Source: Macrostomum hystrix
Taxonomy: Eukaryota > Animalia > Platyhelminthes
Length of the DNA stretch: 64,000 nucleotides
Assembly (NCBI GenBank): GCA_950097015.1
Contig: CATNEN010000025.1
Coordinates: 6,200,001-6,264,000, forward strand
Reading direction: 5' to 3'
The notes under the pieces were generated by a model. That model did not search any database, had not been told where the DNA came from, and saw only the letters and a program-made list of their open reading frames with translations. Positions 37,823 through 49,842 of the stretch are shown here, one piece after another (position 1 is the first letter of the stretch; each line of letters starts with the position of its first letter). Position numbers and translations under genes: made by a program.

Positions 37823-38148
37823 GAGACAGACAGACAGTCAGACAGACAGACAGACAGACAGACCGACAGACAGACAGACAGACCGACAGACAGACAGGCA
37901 GACAGACAGACAGACAGACCGACAGACAGACAGGCAGACAGGCAGACAGACAGACAGGCAGACAGACAGACAGACAGGCAGACAGGCAGACAGACAGACA
38001 GACAGACAGACGGACAGAGAGACAGACAGACAGGCAGACAGACAGACAGAGAGACAGACCGACAGACAGACAAGCAGACAGACAGACAGAGAGACAGACC
38101 GACAGACAGACAGGCAGACAGACAGACAGACAGTCAGAGAGACAGACA
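37823..38148. repeat. (GACA)n tetranucleotide microsatellite
   Basis: Imperfect GACA/GGCA/GAGA run. Confidence 0.97.
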
Positions 38149-38195
38149 CCAAAGACATAGCAGAACAGGACTCATTAAGAGCCAAGATGGTAAGA

Positions 38196-38498
38196 CAGGT
38201 GGTAGAGAGGATCAGGTGGTAGAGAGGATCAGGTGGTAGAGAGGATCAGGTGGTAGAGAGGATCAGGTGGTAGAGAGGATCGGGTGGTAGAGAGGATCGG
38301 GTGGTAGAGAGGATCAGGTGGTAGAGAGGATCAGGTGGTAGAGAGGATCAGGTGGTAGAGAGGATCAGGTGGTAGAGAGGATCAGGTGGTAGAGAGGATC
38401 AGGTGGTAGAGAGGATCAGGTGGTAGAGAGGATCAGGTGGTAGAGAGGATCAGGTGGTAGAGAGGATCAGGTGGTAGAGAGGATCAGGTGGTAGAGAG
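38196..38498. repeat. 17-bp minisatellite (GGTAGAGAGGATCAGGT)
   Basis: About 18 near-perfect copies. Confidence 0.97.
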
Positions 38499-39489
38499 GT
38501 CCCGAATGACTGGCAGCAAACCAATCTATGAGTGACTGGCACTGGAATCCTAACACTTGTCTACCAAAGCCGGCCATCTCAGATAGGGCGTAGAGCCGAG
38601 TCGGCCGGGAAACGAATTATGCATTAATCCAAATCTCTTCACTTTGGAGTGGCGGGAGCCGGAAAGCTGCTCAGAGAGAGAGGGGGGCGGAGAGTGAGTG
38701 AGAGCAGTCGGAGTCTTAGATCTGGCAATCTCACTTGACAAAATGGCCCCAGCCTCGTCCGTCCGCCGAAGGCAGCATTGATGCATTGATCGGGCCGTTT
38801 TTCAGCAACACTCGGCCTCCGGACGGCCTAGGCCACCTGTGCCGCTGCAGCGGGGCAAACACTTCTCTGGGCTCATGGAGAATTAAAGAGAATGGGCTTG
38901 GGTTTCCTGAAAAAATTAATTTTTTACTCTCTCCCAATAACCAGCCTACCATTCTCTGAGCCCTTTCACTTTTGCCTTCAGTCAGAGTCGGGAAAATTAA
39001 AAGAAAATGCTGCAAGCCTGGCTCTTGCGCACACACGCCGGATTTGAAATCGTGACAAAGATGATGATTGAAGAGGATTAGCGATCCAATATTTTTGTGC
39101 AGACTAGAGATCCTCTGATCCCCATCGAACAAGAATTCAACAAACTTTTCTCTCTAAAGCAATCATCGAACCAAACTGCATTTCATAATCTAGTACAATG
39201 GTGGGCTAAATCGATTCTATCGATTAGATTTGCCACGAAACTTTACTTTATTAAGAAAAAACAAAGCACAATTATGAAATCCAATTAAGAAATAAGTGCA
39301 TTTTTGTGTTTTGTTCGCCATCAGCTGTGCTTTGAATTAGGAACCAAACATTGACTAGACTGCTTTCACAGTTGAAAATCACACGCGAGCGGGTTTATTG
39401 CTCAGAATCTAAGAACCGAAAAAACTATTTGAAAAAACATTTTTAGCTACTGGAGTCGTCACACCGATGGACTGGTGCAGTCTATCATG

Positions 39490-41020
39490 TAGACTCAGTT
39501 CCGGGTGTCACACAGCAGACTCAGTTCCGAGTGTCTACCAGCAGCCTCAGTCCCGAGTGTCTACCAGCAGCCTCAGTCCCGAGTGTCTACCAGCAGCCTC
39601 AGTTCCGAGTGTCTACCAGCAGCCTCAGTTCCGAGTGTCTACCAGCAGCCTCAGTTCCGAGTGTCTACCAGCAGCCTCAGTTCCGAGTGTCTACCAGCAG
39701 CCTCAGTTCCGAGTGTCTACCAGCAGCCTCAGTCCCGAGTGTCTACCAGCAGCCTCAGTCCCGAGTGTCTACCAGCAGCCTCAGTCCCGAGTGTCTACCA
39801 GCAGCCTCAGTCCCGAGTGTCTACCAGCAGCCTCAGTCCCGAGTGTCTACCAGCAGCCTCAGTTCCGAGTGTCTACCAGCAGCCTCAGTCCCGAGTGTCT
39901 ACCAGCAGCCTCAGTTCCGAGTGTCTACCAGCAGCCTCAGTTCCGAGTGTCTACCAGCAGCCTCAGTTCCGAGTGTCTACCAGCAGCCTCAGTTCCGAGT
40001 GTCTACCAGCAGCCTCAGTCCCGAGTGTCTACCAGCAGCCTCAGTCCCGAGTGTCTACCAGCAGCCTCAGTCCCGAGTGTCTACCAGCAGCCTCAGTCCC
40101 GAGTGTCTACCAGCAGCCTCAGTCCCGAGTGTCTACCAGCAGCCTCAGTTCCGAGTGTCTACCAGCAGCCTCAGTCCCGAGTGTCTACCAGCAGCCTCAG
40201 TTCCGAGTGTCTACCAGCAGCCTCAGTTCCGAGTGTCTACCAGCAGCCTCAGTCCCGAGTGTCTACCAGCAGCCTCAGTTCCGAGTGTCTACCAGCAGCC
40301 TCAGTCCCGAGTGTCTACCAGCAGCCTCAGTTCCGAGTGTCTACCAGCAGCCTCAGTCCCGAGTGTCTACCAGCAGCCTCAGTCCCGAGTGTCTACCAGC
40401 AGCCTCAGTTCCGAGTGTCTACCAGCAGCCTCAGTCCCGAGTGTCTACCAGCAGCCTCAGTCCCGAGTGTCTACCAGCAGCCTCAGTCCCGAGTGTCTAC
40501 CAGCAGCCTCAGTCCCGAGTGTCTACCAGCAGCCTCAGTCCCGAGTGTCACCCAGCAGCCTCAGTCCCGAGTGTCACCCAGCAGCCTCAGTCCCGAGTGT
40601 CTACCAGCAGCCTCAGTCCCGAGTGTCTACCAGCAGCCTCAGTCCCGAGTGTCTACCAGCAGCCTCAGTTCCGAGTGTCTACCAGCAGCCTCAGTTCCGA
40701 GTGTCTACCAGCAGCCTCAGTTCCGAGTGTCTACCAGCAGCCTCAGTTCCGAGTGTCTACCAGCAGCCTCAGTCCCGAGTGTCTACCAGCAGCCTCAGTC
40801 CCGAGTGTCTACCAGCAGCCTCAGTTCCGAGTGTCTACCAGCAGCCTCAGTCCCGAGTGTCTACCAGCAGCCTCAGTCCCGAGTGTCTACCAGCAGCCTC
40901 AGTCCCGAGTGTCTACCAGCAGCCTCAGTCCCGAGTGTCTACCAGCAGCCTCAGTCCCGAGTGTCTACCAGCAGCCTCAGTCCCGAGTGTCTACCAGCAG
41001 CCTCAGTCCCAAGTGTCACG
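39490..41020. repeat. 26-bp minisatellite (CGAGTGTCTACCAGCAGCCTCAGTYC), about 59 copies
   Basis: Nearly invariant apart from one C/T site; all three + frames are open (artefactual ORFs). Confidence 0.98.
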
Positions 41021-41420
41021 GAGCAACATCTAGTTGCTAGTGGAGTCGAGACAGCGACTTAAAATTATAGGAAGCAATTAAAGACTTGCAGGATTCTGGA
41101 AAATTCCATAAATCATCGCTCATAGAAGCGGAAGAAAATCCTAATCGGAAATGAACTTGTACGAGCGAAATCGCCCAAAAATCCTTGAAATTGCAACAGA
41201 TCATGCCAGAATAGGGGAGAACATTAAACGGAAACCAGATTTGTCTATTAGTCGAACTTGGATGTCTTCGCCGAATAGAAGAATGATAGCAAAATTAAAG
41301 AAATTCATTTTTCCTGAATTCACCCGATCCTAGACATTTCCGATTAGTTTTCAGCCATAAATGACACAATAATTGCGTGCGGAGTCCTTAGAAATCACAA
41401 GGCATGTGGGAGAGGTAGTC

Positions 41421-41921
41421 TTGGGTTAGGTACGAGTGTAGTAGAGGCTGTGGGTTAGGTACGAGTGTAGTAGAGGCTGTGGGTTAGGTACGAGTGTAAT
41501 AGAGGCTGTGGGTTAGGTACGAGTGTAGTAGAGGCTGTGGGTTAGGTACGAGTGTAGTAGAGGCTGTGGGTTAGGTACGAGTGTAGTAGAGGCTGTGGGT
41601 TAGGTACGAGTGTAGTAGAGGCTGTGGGTTAGGTACGAGTGTAGTAGAGGCTGTGGGTTAGGTACGAGTGTAGTAGAGGCTGTGGGTTAGGTACGAGTGT
41701 AATAGAGGCTGTGGGTTAGGTACGAGTGTAGTAGAGGCTGTGGGTTAGGTACGAGTGTAGTAGAGGCTGTGGGTTAGGTACGAGTGTAGTAGAGGCTGTG
41801 GGTTAGGTACGAGTGTAGTAGAGGCTGTGGGTTAGGTACGAGTGTAGTAGAGGCTGTGGGTTAGGTACGAGTGTAGTAGAGGCTGTGGGTTAGGTACGAG
41901 TGTAGTAGAGACTGTGGGTTA
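41421..41921. repeat. 29-bp minisatellite (GGGTTAGGTACGAGTGTAGTAGAGGCTGT)
   Basis: About 17 near-perfect copies. Confidence 0.97.
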
Positions 41922-42814
41922 TGTTGTTCACACCCTTGTTGTTGGCAGTTAAGGAACGGTCGGGGACGTCAGACAGTGAAACGTTTATGTCAACAAAAAT
42001 TCAAATATAGAATCAGACCAGCATACAGCTTAGAGAATAGATCACAATGAAGCTTACAGTTGCTTTCCATTTATGACTCCCTAGCAAGGAATCAAAAGTC
42101 ACGAAGACCAACCCCATCAATGTTTAATCTTGCAGCAGCAGAACATACAGCTCACATGATCATTACTTTAATTCTCGGCATTCCACTCTCCGACTTTCAA
42201 ATCTCCCATCTGGGAATTGGGCTAACGGGGAGACAAGTCCGCCTCGATATTTGCTGCTGCTTGTGCGTGTCACTGTTTTTTGTTTCCTGGCTCCTCATAT
42301 ATACAAGCCCTTAATAGCTGGGCGAGTATGGAAGAGACATTGGAGTGGGGGAAACGGCTCACAGGATCAGTGGAGCGGGGATAAATTTGTGTGGTGAGTG
42401 TTCCTTGCCATTTCGGGTGCGGCTGCAGTTCAAAAACTCAGTCTCTCTGTATTGTGCTTTTTTAGCTAATGTCCGTGTTGCTAAATGGTCCTAAGTGTTA
42501 GCGCAATGAAGTTGCGCTTTCAGTTGCGTGATTGAACTCAGCTAACAAATTACTGAACTGATGGACAGGACAACGGACAACTTACGAGCTAAAAGAGTGG
42601 TAATAGTCTATTCATGCTTCCCATTGCTTCTTTCTGAGTGAGGGTTGGTCAAACATCACTTTGACTAATAAAAAAGTTTTTTAAAGCTTTCTGCCTTCAA
42701 AGAAAGGACAAGGGCGTTGGTCGATCCGAAGTTATGGCTTGTTGTGACGCTTTAAATAATGGCCTTTCACAACCAAACAAAAGCCACAAACCAGAAGCAA
42801 CAGTTACAACAAAC

Positions 42815-43475
42815 CCTTAAAACCAGAAACGTAAAAATACTGAAACCAACCAGAAGCATCACAAACCAGAAGCGTCACAAACCAGAAGCATCACAAACCA
42901 GAAGCATCACAAACCAGAAGCATCACAAACCAGAAGCATCACAAACCAGAACCGTCACAAACCAGAAGCGTCACAAACCAGAACCGTCACAAACCAGAAG
43001 CGTCACAAACCAGAAGCGTCACAAACCAGAACCGTCACAAACCAGAAGCGTCACAAACCAGAAGCATCACAAACCAGAACCGTCACAAACCAGAAGCGTC
43101 ACAAACCAGAAGCGTCACAAACCAGAAGCATCACAAACCAGAACCGTCACAAACCAGAAGTGTCACAAACCAGAACCGTCACAAACCAGAAGCGTCACAA
43201 ACCAGAAGCGTCACAAACCAGAAGCATCACAAACCAGAACCGTCACAAACCAGAAGTGTCACAAACCAGAACCGTCACAAACCAGAAGCGTCACAAACCA
43301 GAAGCATCACAAACCAGAACCGTCACAAACCAGAAGCGTCACAAACCAGAACCGTCACAAACCAGAAGCGTCACAAATCAGAAGTGTCACAAACTAGAAC
43401 CGTCACAAACCAGAACCGTCACAAACCAGAAGCGTCACAGATCAGAACCGTCACAAACCAGAAGCGTCACAAAAG
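42815..43475. repeat. 16-bp minisatellite (TCACAAACCAGAAGCG / AGCA / ACCG variants)
   Basis: Tandem copies; possibly inside a 5' UTR intron of the LRR gene (GTGAGT at 42394, ttcggcag acceptor at about 44234). Confidence 0.95.
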
Positions 43476-44244
43476 CGTCAGATAGCAGAAAAAATACTTC
43501 AACAAATAGGCTAAATTTGTAATTATTAAAATGAAATATTTACGAGCTATATGCGTTTTGAAAATTGGATTAAATTAGAGAGTTTGATTGACAATTGTAA
43601 CTGCATTGTGCTAGTATCTCGAAAACCCCGATCTTGCCCTTCGTGACCCCAAGTGTCAATCGCAGTAGACAACAATTACATTCCATTCTGCGCTCTTATG
43701 AGTTTCGAGCTGTCTTGCCTCGTACGAGTGTGCAACAGCCCCACTTTCGAGAAGAACCGTCCGAGCAGCCGCCACGTACAACGCGACTAGTGTGTGCTCG
43801 TTTGTGCCTATGTGTGCACAGGTTGCAGGGCTGCCTGATACTAAAGTAGAGAGACCTGATAAAGGCCCCGACAACTCGTAATAAGGCATTTGAAGCAGGC
43901 CCCTCTATCCATTCTCAGCGTGGAGAGAGAGGCCCAGAACAGCCAACCAGAGACAAGGAAACAGAGGAGAGAGAGAGAGACGGAACAGAGAGACGCCGAC
44001 ATTTGAGGACCACTGCCACAAGCGGCCATTGAAATACAGAAAACGGAATACCAGAGGAAAACAAGAAAAAGCGACTGGAGAAAGGATCTTAAATCAGTTC
44101 TATAAGGCAGCTCTTTTACTGTTCTCAATAACTCTTTGGCCGCGATTTCTTGGACCAGGACTTTCTAGCTTTAAATTGTCCTCTTCCGTCGCGCTGTCCT
44201 AGTGAGTTCTGCTTTTAAATTTTTATTTCGGCAGAAAGAGGAGC

Positions 44245-46833
44245 ATGCAGTTCTGCTCTGCAGCAGCTGCCGGCCGCACATGCATGCTGCTGTTGCTGCT
44301 GCTGCTTCGGCTGACTGCTTCGAGTGCTACTAAAAGCCTAACCGACTCAGACTGCCCGTGGCGTCATTGCCAAGACTTGGTCGTCTCTGAATACCCGGTG
44401 ATCAGCTCCATCTACCGTACAGTGGCCGTCTCAGTTCACCGCTGCTGGCCGCCGCCTTCGCCGCCTTCGCTGCCGAATTCGCCGACTTCGACAAGCTGCA
44501 GCATGCCAACCGGCCTGACCTCGCCAGGTCAGGTTGTCAGTTTTAGACTGACCCGAGCCGACCTGACGGCCGCTCCGCTGTCTCAAATCTGCCGACGATT
44601 TCCAAACCTAACCGAGCTGGACTTGACGGACAATAGCATCGAGGATGGCCTGTCAGCGACGACAGTTGGGGTGGATCACGAGAGCTGTCAGCTGGCCCAG
44701 CTGCGCCGGCTTAACCTCAGCGCCAACCGACTGAAGCACCTGGATCTGGCTGACTACCTTGAGCTGCTGCCTAGTCTGGAGAAGCTGGACGTGTCCGACA
44801 ATCCCAGCCTGGAGTCGCTCTATATCAGCCGTCTCACACCTGAGCGCCATTTCAGACTGAAGACGCTCACCGCTGCTCGCTGCGGTCTGAAGCAGGTGGA
44901 CCTGTCCCTAGTGCGGCTGGTCAGTCTGCAGGACGTCAGCCTGAGCGGCAACCGTCTCGCTGAGGTCACCAACCGGCTTGGCTGGGTATGGACCACGTCG
45001 GATGTCCGGGCCATAGAGAGGCAGCGAGATCGGATGCGGCTGGAGGACCCGGCGTACTATGTGCGCCTCTCCGTGCTGCTGCTCCACAACAAATTCGGCG
45101 CCGGCGCTTTTGGCCCCAACAGGCTGTGGGGGCTTCTCGTGCCCGACATTGGGCCCGAGCAGCGTCAGGCAGATGCCGTTGTTAACCATTTAAAGCGCTT
45201 CCGCGACGCCTTCCAGTCGTTTGTCGATGTTGACAATTCTGGCAGCACTGTCGCCTGCGACTGTCGACTCCTGCACGCGTGGCGCTTCTTCCGGGCCGTC
45301 TATGCAGATCCGCGCGAGTTCTCTAAGCGCAACGCGCTGTCGCTGGACTATTGGACCGGCCTGCCCTGCGCCGGTGATCCGGCAAGGCGGACGCTGCTAG
45401 CGCTTAACGAATCCGACCTGGTCTGTCGACACGCAGATGCGTGTCCCGCCGGCTGCGCCTGCCTGGAGACCGTCAGACCGGCGGGACTGACCATCGACTG
45501 CGAAGGTGCCGGTCTTCGCAGGCTGCCGCGCAGGCTCCCAGTCAGCGTCCACGGTGGCAGCCTCTACGATTTGCGTCTGTCTGGCAACGCAATCGCTGAC
45601 CTGAATGATCAGGACACCGCCGCAGATGGTAGCAGCTCTTCGGTGGGGCCTCTTGTCCAGGGCCTTGATTTGAGCTACAACGCCCTGACAGCGGAAACTG
45701 ACTTCACTCCGTTGCAGCGCTTCACGGCGCTTCGCTGGCTGAACTTAACTGGCAATCCCATGCGAGACCTCCCCGACTCTCTGCTGAACCTGACGGCGCA
45801 TCGAGCTCGCCTTCGCCTTCTCTTCACTGGCCAGGGATTCGTTTGCTCCTGCGGCCTCTTTCAGCCGGCCAAGTGGCGCCTGGTGCGCGCGGCGCTGGTC
45901 AACTACCGGGATGTGCAGTGCGACAGCGAGACTGGGGAGCGGATGCGCTCTCTGCTGGAGTACCGGCACAGGTACTGCCCGGCCAGGTACAACTCCACCT
46001 CGGTGGTGTACAAGGAGCGTCACGTGGTCAATCAGTCGGTAGTCATTGGTGTCGGCATTGTGTCCGGAGCGTTAGTGGCAGTTCTGCTCCTCATCACCCT
46101 CGTTGTCATTGCGACCAACGTGTCGAGACGACGCAGGCGACAACATCGACCGTCGGCAGCTCGACACCCCACGCTGGAATCCTCGGCTGCGGCAGCTGCG
46201 GCAGCGTCGACCGTCACTTCGGCCGCTTCGCCGTTAGTCGGCGTTCTTTGCTCCACATCCGGCAGCGGAAAGTGTCACCACTGCCGAGACCAGCTCCAGC
46301 ATCGGCTGCTGCAGCACCGAGCGGACAGTGCCGCCCCTCTCCGCGTTGGCATCCCACCGGATCTGGTGCCGTCCACCGGGTCGCCCTACGACACGCCACG
46401 CTACGTCGATTTTGAGCGATTCTCTCGCGACAGTCTGGCAGCCGTTAAAGCTTCCTACGGTGACAGCGGCAGCAGCGGCGGCAGCAGCAGCGATCTCAGC
46501 AGTGACCTGACCTGCGGCCCAACTATCGGGCCACGCGAGACGGCGGAACTGCAGCAGCAGCCGTATCAGCGGCAGCAGCTCACTGATAGGCCGCACCGGC
46601 ATAGACGTAAGCACGGACGGCAGCGCCAGCATCAGCAGCAGCAACGGAGAAGTCTTCAACTGATCGGCTCCCGGTTGCCTCAACCGCCTCCGCTGCCACC
46701 GCCCAGGCTAACAATAGCACCGCCGCCCCCGCTGCCTCCGCTGCCAATAGCTGGCTTGGTGGCCATTCCGCCGTGCGCCAAGTACTCCAGCATCGGCGCC
46801 GGTGGGGTCAGCGGCGTGGAGACGGACGTCTGA
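44245..46833 (+). CDS. Single-exon LRR transmembrane receptor, Toll-like multi-cysteine-cluster ectodomain, no TIR domain, C-terminal ETDV
   Basis: Signal peptide; LxxLxLxxNxL repeats; LRRCT (ACDC...PC...LVC) directly followed by LRRNT (CPAGCAC...IDC); second LRR block and LRRCT (VCSC...VQC...YCP); TM VIGVGIVSGALVAVLLLITLVVIA; low-complexity Pro/Gln tail. Confidence 0.93.
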   Translation: MQFCSAAAAGRTCMLLLLLLLRLTASSATKSLTDSDCPWRHCQDLVVSEYPVISSIYRTVAVSVHRCWPPPSPPSLPNSPTSTSCSMPTGLTSPGQVVSFRLTRADLTAAPLSQICRRFPNLTELDLTDNSIEDGLSATTVGVDHESCQLAQLRRLNLSANRLKHLDLADYLELLPSLEKLDVSDNPSLESLYISRLTPERHFRLKTLTAARCGLKQVDLSLVRLVSLQDVSLSGNRLAEVTNRLGWVWTTSDVRAIERQRDRMRLEDPAYYVRLSVLLLHNKFGAGAFGPNRLWGLLVPDIGPEQRQADAVVNHLKRFRDAFQSFVDVDNSGSTVACDCRLLHAWRFFRAVYADPREFSKRNALSLDYWTGLPCAGDPARRTLLALNESDLVCRHADACPAGCACLETVRPAGLTIDCEGAGLRRLPRRLPVSVHGGSLYDLRLSGNAIADLNDQDTAADGSSSSVGPLVQGLDLSYNALTAETDFTPLQRFTALRWLNLTGNPMRDLPDSLLNLTAHRARLRLLFTGQGFVCSCGLFQPAKWRLVRAALVNYRDVQCDSETGERMRSLLEYRHRYCPARYNSTSVVYKERHVVNQSVVIGVGIVSGALVAVLLLITLVVIATNVSRRRRRQHRPSAARHPTLESSAAAAAAASTVTSAASPLVGVLCSTSGSGKCHHCRDQLQHRLLQHRADSAAPLRVGIPPDLVPSTGSPYDTPRYVDFERFSRDSLAAVKASYGDSGSSGGSSSDLSSDLTCGPTIGPRETAELQQQPYQRQQLTDRPHRHRRKHGRQRQHQQQQRRSLQLIGSRLPQPPPLPPPRLTIAPPPPLPPLPIAGLVAIPPCAKYSSIGAGGVSGVETDV

Positions 46834-48201
46834 ACGAGCTGTCGCGCATATGCTCAAGAGTTGGTACTCAGCAGCACTTGGTCTATCATTTCTGTTAGAG
46901 CCCAAGGGAAACTCGCCTTTGATCTCATTTGAAGAGCTTTCACTGGCCCAATTTGTGGCTCCGAGTTCGATTTTGGTCCCACATACCGTGGCCACACGTG
47001 GCCCGTGGCCCCTGGGGATAAAAGATGTGAAACCGGCCACCGTTGCTGCTCAAAAAGACAACTCGCTGTCGCATTCTATAAAACTAGTTTCAAACAGAAA
47101 AAAACTATTTTACTTAAGATCGTTGGACAACGCTGGAGATCTTTTGAAATCGATGTACTTTTAATTTCGTCGGTTAATTGTTTGCATTTCTTCTTCAGTT
47201 AACTTTCTGTTGTTGTACTTTTAGTTGTGTAGATTTGAAAAAACGCGAATAGATCAAATGTTATTAATTTGCTAAATAGGCTTGTTTTTAAATCCAATAA
47301 AAGAAAATGATCGCGGCGAATGCAGCAGCTTCCGTTAATTTTTTAAACGATTTTTTGGTTGGCTAAAGTTTTGGGTCGTTAAAGCGCAGACTAATTAAAG
47401 CGATACTTTTAGCGTCAAGATTTTATTAATCAAGATTTCGAGCACCTGCTGAGGCCTGCTTTCACCTACTTTAATTATTGATTCTTTAAAGCGTTAAAGA
47501 TTCTCTCTCGCGATTTTGTAAGTAAGTAGAGCTGAAAATAAATTTCAACTTGTTCCGTTAAAACGTTATTCAATCACTAATTATTTAAGTAACGAAGTCT
47601 AGAAACGAAAATTAACGAAATCCGGAAATTTGTGGGGAAAATTGTTAAATTCTTTTTTATCCGAATACTTCATATTTTATCCGGTTAATCGTTACTTTCC
47701 CTTTTAACGATCTTAAATAACGATTTTAGCTAATAAAAATTTTTTCATGCCAAGCTTGATTTGTCCAAATAATTACAGGGGTATCTCTAGTCCAGGTCCG
47801 GAATCTAACTGTATCGACAATGCTTTCTTGAGCACAAACAGAGGCTGTGTTTGCCCGACATTGATTTTCCAGCCAATCTGTTCGTCCAATTAAGGCAGAT
47901 ATGGAGTGCATCTAGCAACTAGTTTGGAGAATAAAGTGAGCTTCATATCGAGCAATGAGATAGATACAAATAACTTTTCTACTCGACAGTGCCATTCCGC
48001 CGCTGTTGCACTCTTATAAACTTTTCATGCTCTCAAATTTGTTGCCTCAAGTGAGTCTGCGAGTCGCCATTAAAATGTTGAATTTACATTCTGGAAGGAA
48101 TATTTTGAGCTGTTAACTAATATCTTTCTAGGGATATTTTAATAAGTTCATTATTATGCCGCGTTTTGTTATGCTTGCTATATCCGCAGTATGAAATATT
48201 T

Positions 48202-48245
48202 CAGGGGTTGGCAAACTCCGGCCCGCGGGCCAGATGCGGCCTTCG
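48202..48245 (+). mobile_element. hAT (Charlie/MER58-like) DNA transposon terminal sequence, apparently a solo or truncated end
   Basis: CAGGGGTTGGCAAACTCCGGCCCGCGGGCCAGATGCGGCC matches from memory the typical hAT-Charlie left end; preceded by AAATATTT with central TA; no matching right end seen. Confidence 0.6.
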
Positions 48246-48280
48246 AAGTTTCCAAATCCGTTGTCCGACCCTACAGTATC

Positions 48281-49245
48281 CTGTCTCATCTCTCCCGTGT
48301 CTCATCTCTCCCATGTCTCATCTCTCCCGTGTCTCATCTCTCCCGTGTCTCATCTCTCCCGTGTCTCATCTCTCCCGTGTCTCATCTCTCCCGTGTCTCA
48401 TCTCTCCCGTGTCTCATCTCTCCCGTGTCTCATCTCTCCTGTGTCTCATCTCTCCCGTGTCTCATCTCTCCCGTGTCTCATCTTTCCCCTGTCTCATCTC
48501 TCCCCTGTCTCATCTCTCCCCTGTCTCATCTCTCCCCTGTCTCATTTCTCCCGTGTCTCATCTCTCCCGTGTCTCATCTCTCCCGTGTCTCATCTCTCCC
48601 CTGTCTCATCTCTCCCGTGTCTCATCTCTCCCGTGTCTCATCTCTCCCGTGTCTCATCTCTCCCGTGTCTCATCTCTCCTGTGTCTCATCTCTCCCGTGT
48701 CTCATCTCTCCCGTGTCTCATCTTTCCCCTGTCTCATCTCTCCCCTGTCTCATCTCTCCCCTGTCTCATCTCTCCCCTGTCTCATTTCTCCCGTGTCTCA
48801 TCTCTCCCGTGTCTCATCTCTCCCGTGTCTCATCTCTCCCCTGTCTCATCTCTCCCGTGTCTCATCTCTCCCGTGTCTCATCTCTCCCATGTCTCATCTC
48901 TCCCGTGTCTCATCTCTCCGTGTCTCATCTCTCCCGTGTCTCATCTATCCGTGTCTCATCTCTCCGTGTCTCATCTCTCCCGTGTCTCATCTCTCCCGTG
49001 TCTCATCTCTCCCATGTCTCCTCTCTCCCGTGTCTCATCCCTCCCGTGTCTCATCTCTCCCGTGTCTCATCTCTCCCGTGTCTCATCTCTCCCGTGTCTC
49101 ATCTCTCCCGTGTCTCATCTCTTCCATGTCTCATCTCTCCCGTGTCTCATCTCTCCCGTGTCTCATCTCTCCGTGTCTCATCTCTCCCGTGTCTCATCTC
49201 TCCGTGTCTCATCTCTCCCGTGTCTCATCTCTCCGTGTCTCATCT
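48281..49245. repeat. 16-bp minisatellite (CTCATCTCTCCCGTGT), same family as 17.5 kb
   Basis: Tandem with an internal 240-bp duplication (markers at about 48435 and 48675). Confidence 0.96.
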
Positions 49246-49529
49246 ACGAGCCGTAAGTTGTATGATAAGAAATAACAATAAGTGAAGACTAATTGAAGTC
49301 AAAGTAGAAGGTAGCTAAAAAGTACAAAATATCGTTAAGAAAAGTGCACATTACACAAACAATTTTATTGATTAAGAGAAAAAACATAATTAAGATCGCT
49401 GCACTCACAAAGTTAGATAAGGAGAAATGGATATATCAGTTAGGCGTAAGTTCTGAGCACTGCTCAGAACTTCATCCCAACGAAGGAATGCACTCGGTAG
49501 GCGAAATTGAGACCAGCATGATTATTGCG

Positions 49530-49842
49530 ATGCTGTGAGATTGAGAGATTCTGTGAGATTGAGAGATGCTGTGAGATTGAGAGATTCTGTGAGATTGAGA
49601 GATGCTGTGAGATTGAGAGATGCTGTGAGATTGAGAGATGCTGTGAGATTGAGAGATGCTGTGAGATTGAGAGATGCTGTGAGATTGAGAGATGCTGTGA
49701 GATTGAGAGATTCTGTGAGATTGAGAGATGCTGTGAGATTGAGAGATGCTGTGAGATTGAGAGATGCTGTGAGATTGATAGATGCTGTGAGATTGAGAGA
49801 TGCTGTGAGATTGAGAGATGCTGTGAGATTGAGAGATGCTGT
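49530..49842. repeat. 18-bp minisatellite (GATGCTGTGAGATTGAGA)
   Basis: About 17 copies. Confidence 0.97.

Noticed and set aside
37240-39132. Minus-strand exon-like segments with good splice signals (about 37243-37349 and 38735-38910)
   Set aside because: No consistent reading frame or recognisable protein; they may be UTR exons but cannot be supported.
39467-41062. 500-aa ORFs in all three + frames
   Set aside because: Product of a stop-free 26-bp unit that is not a multiple of 3; no coding flanks.
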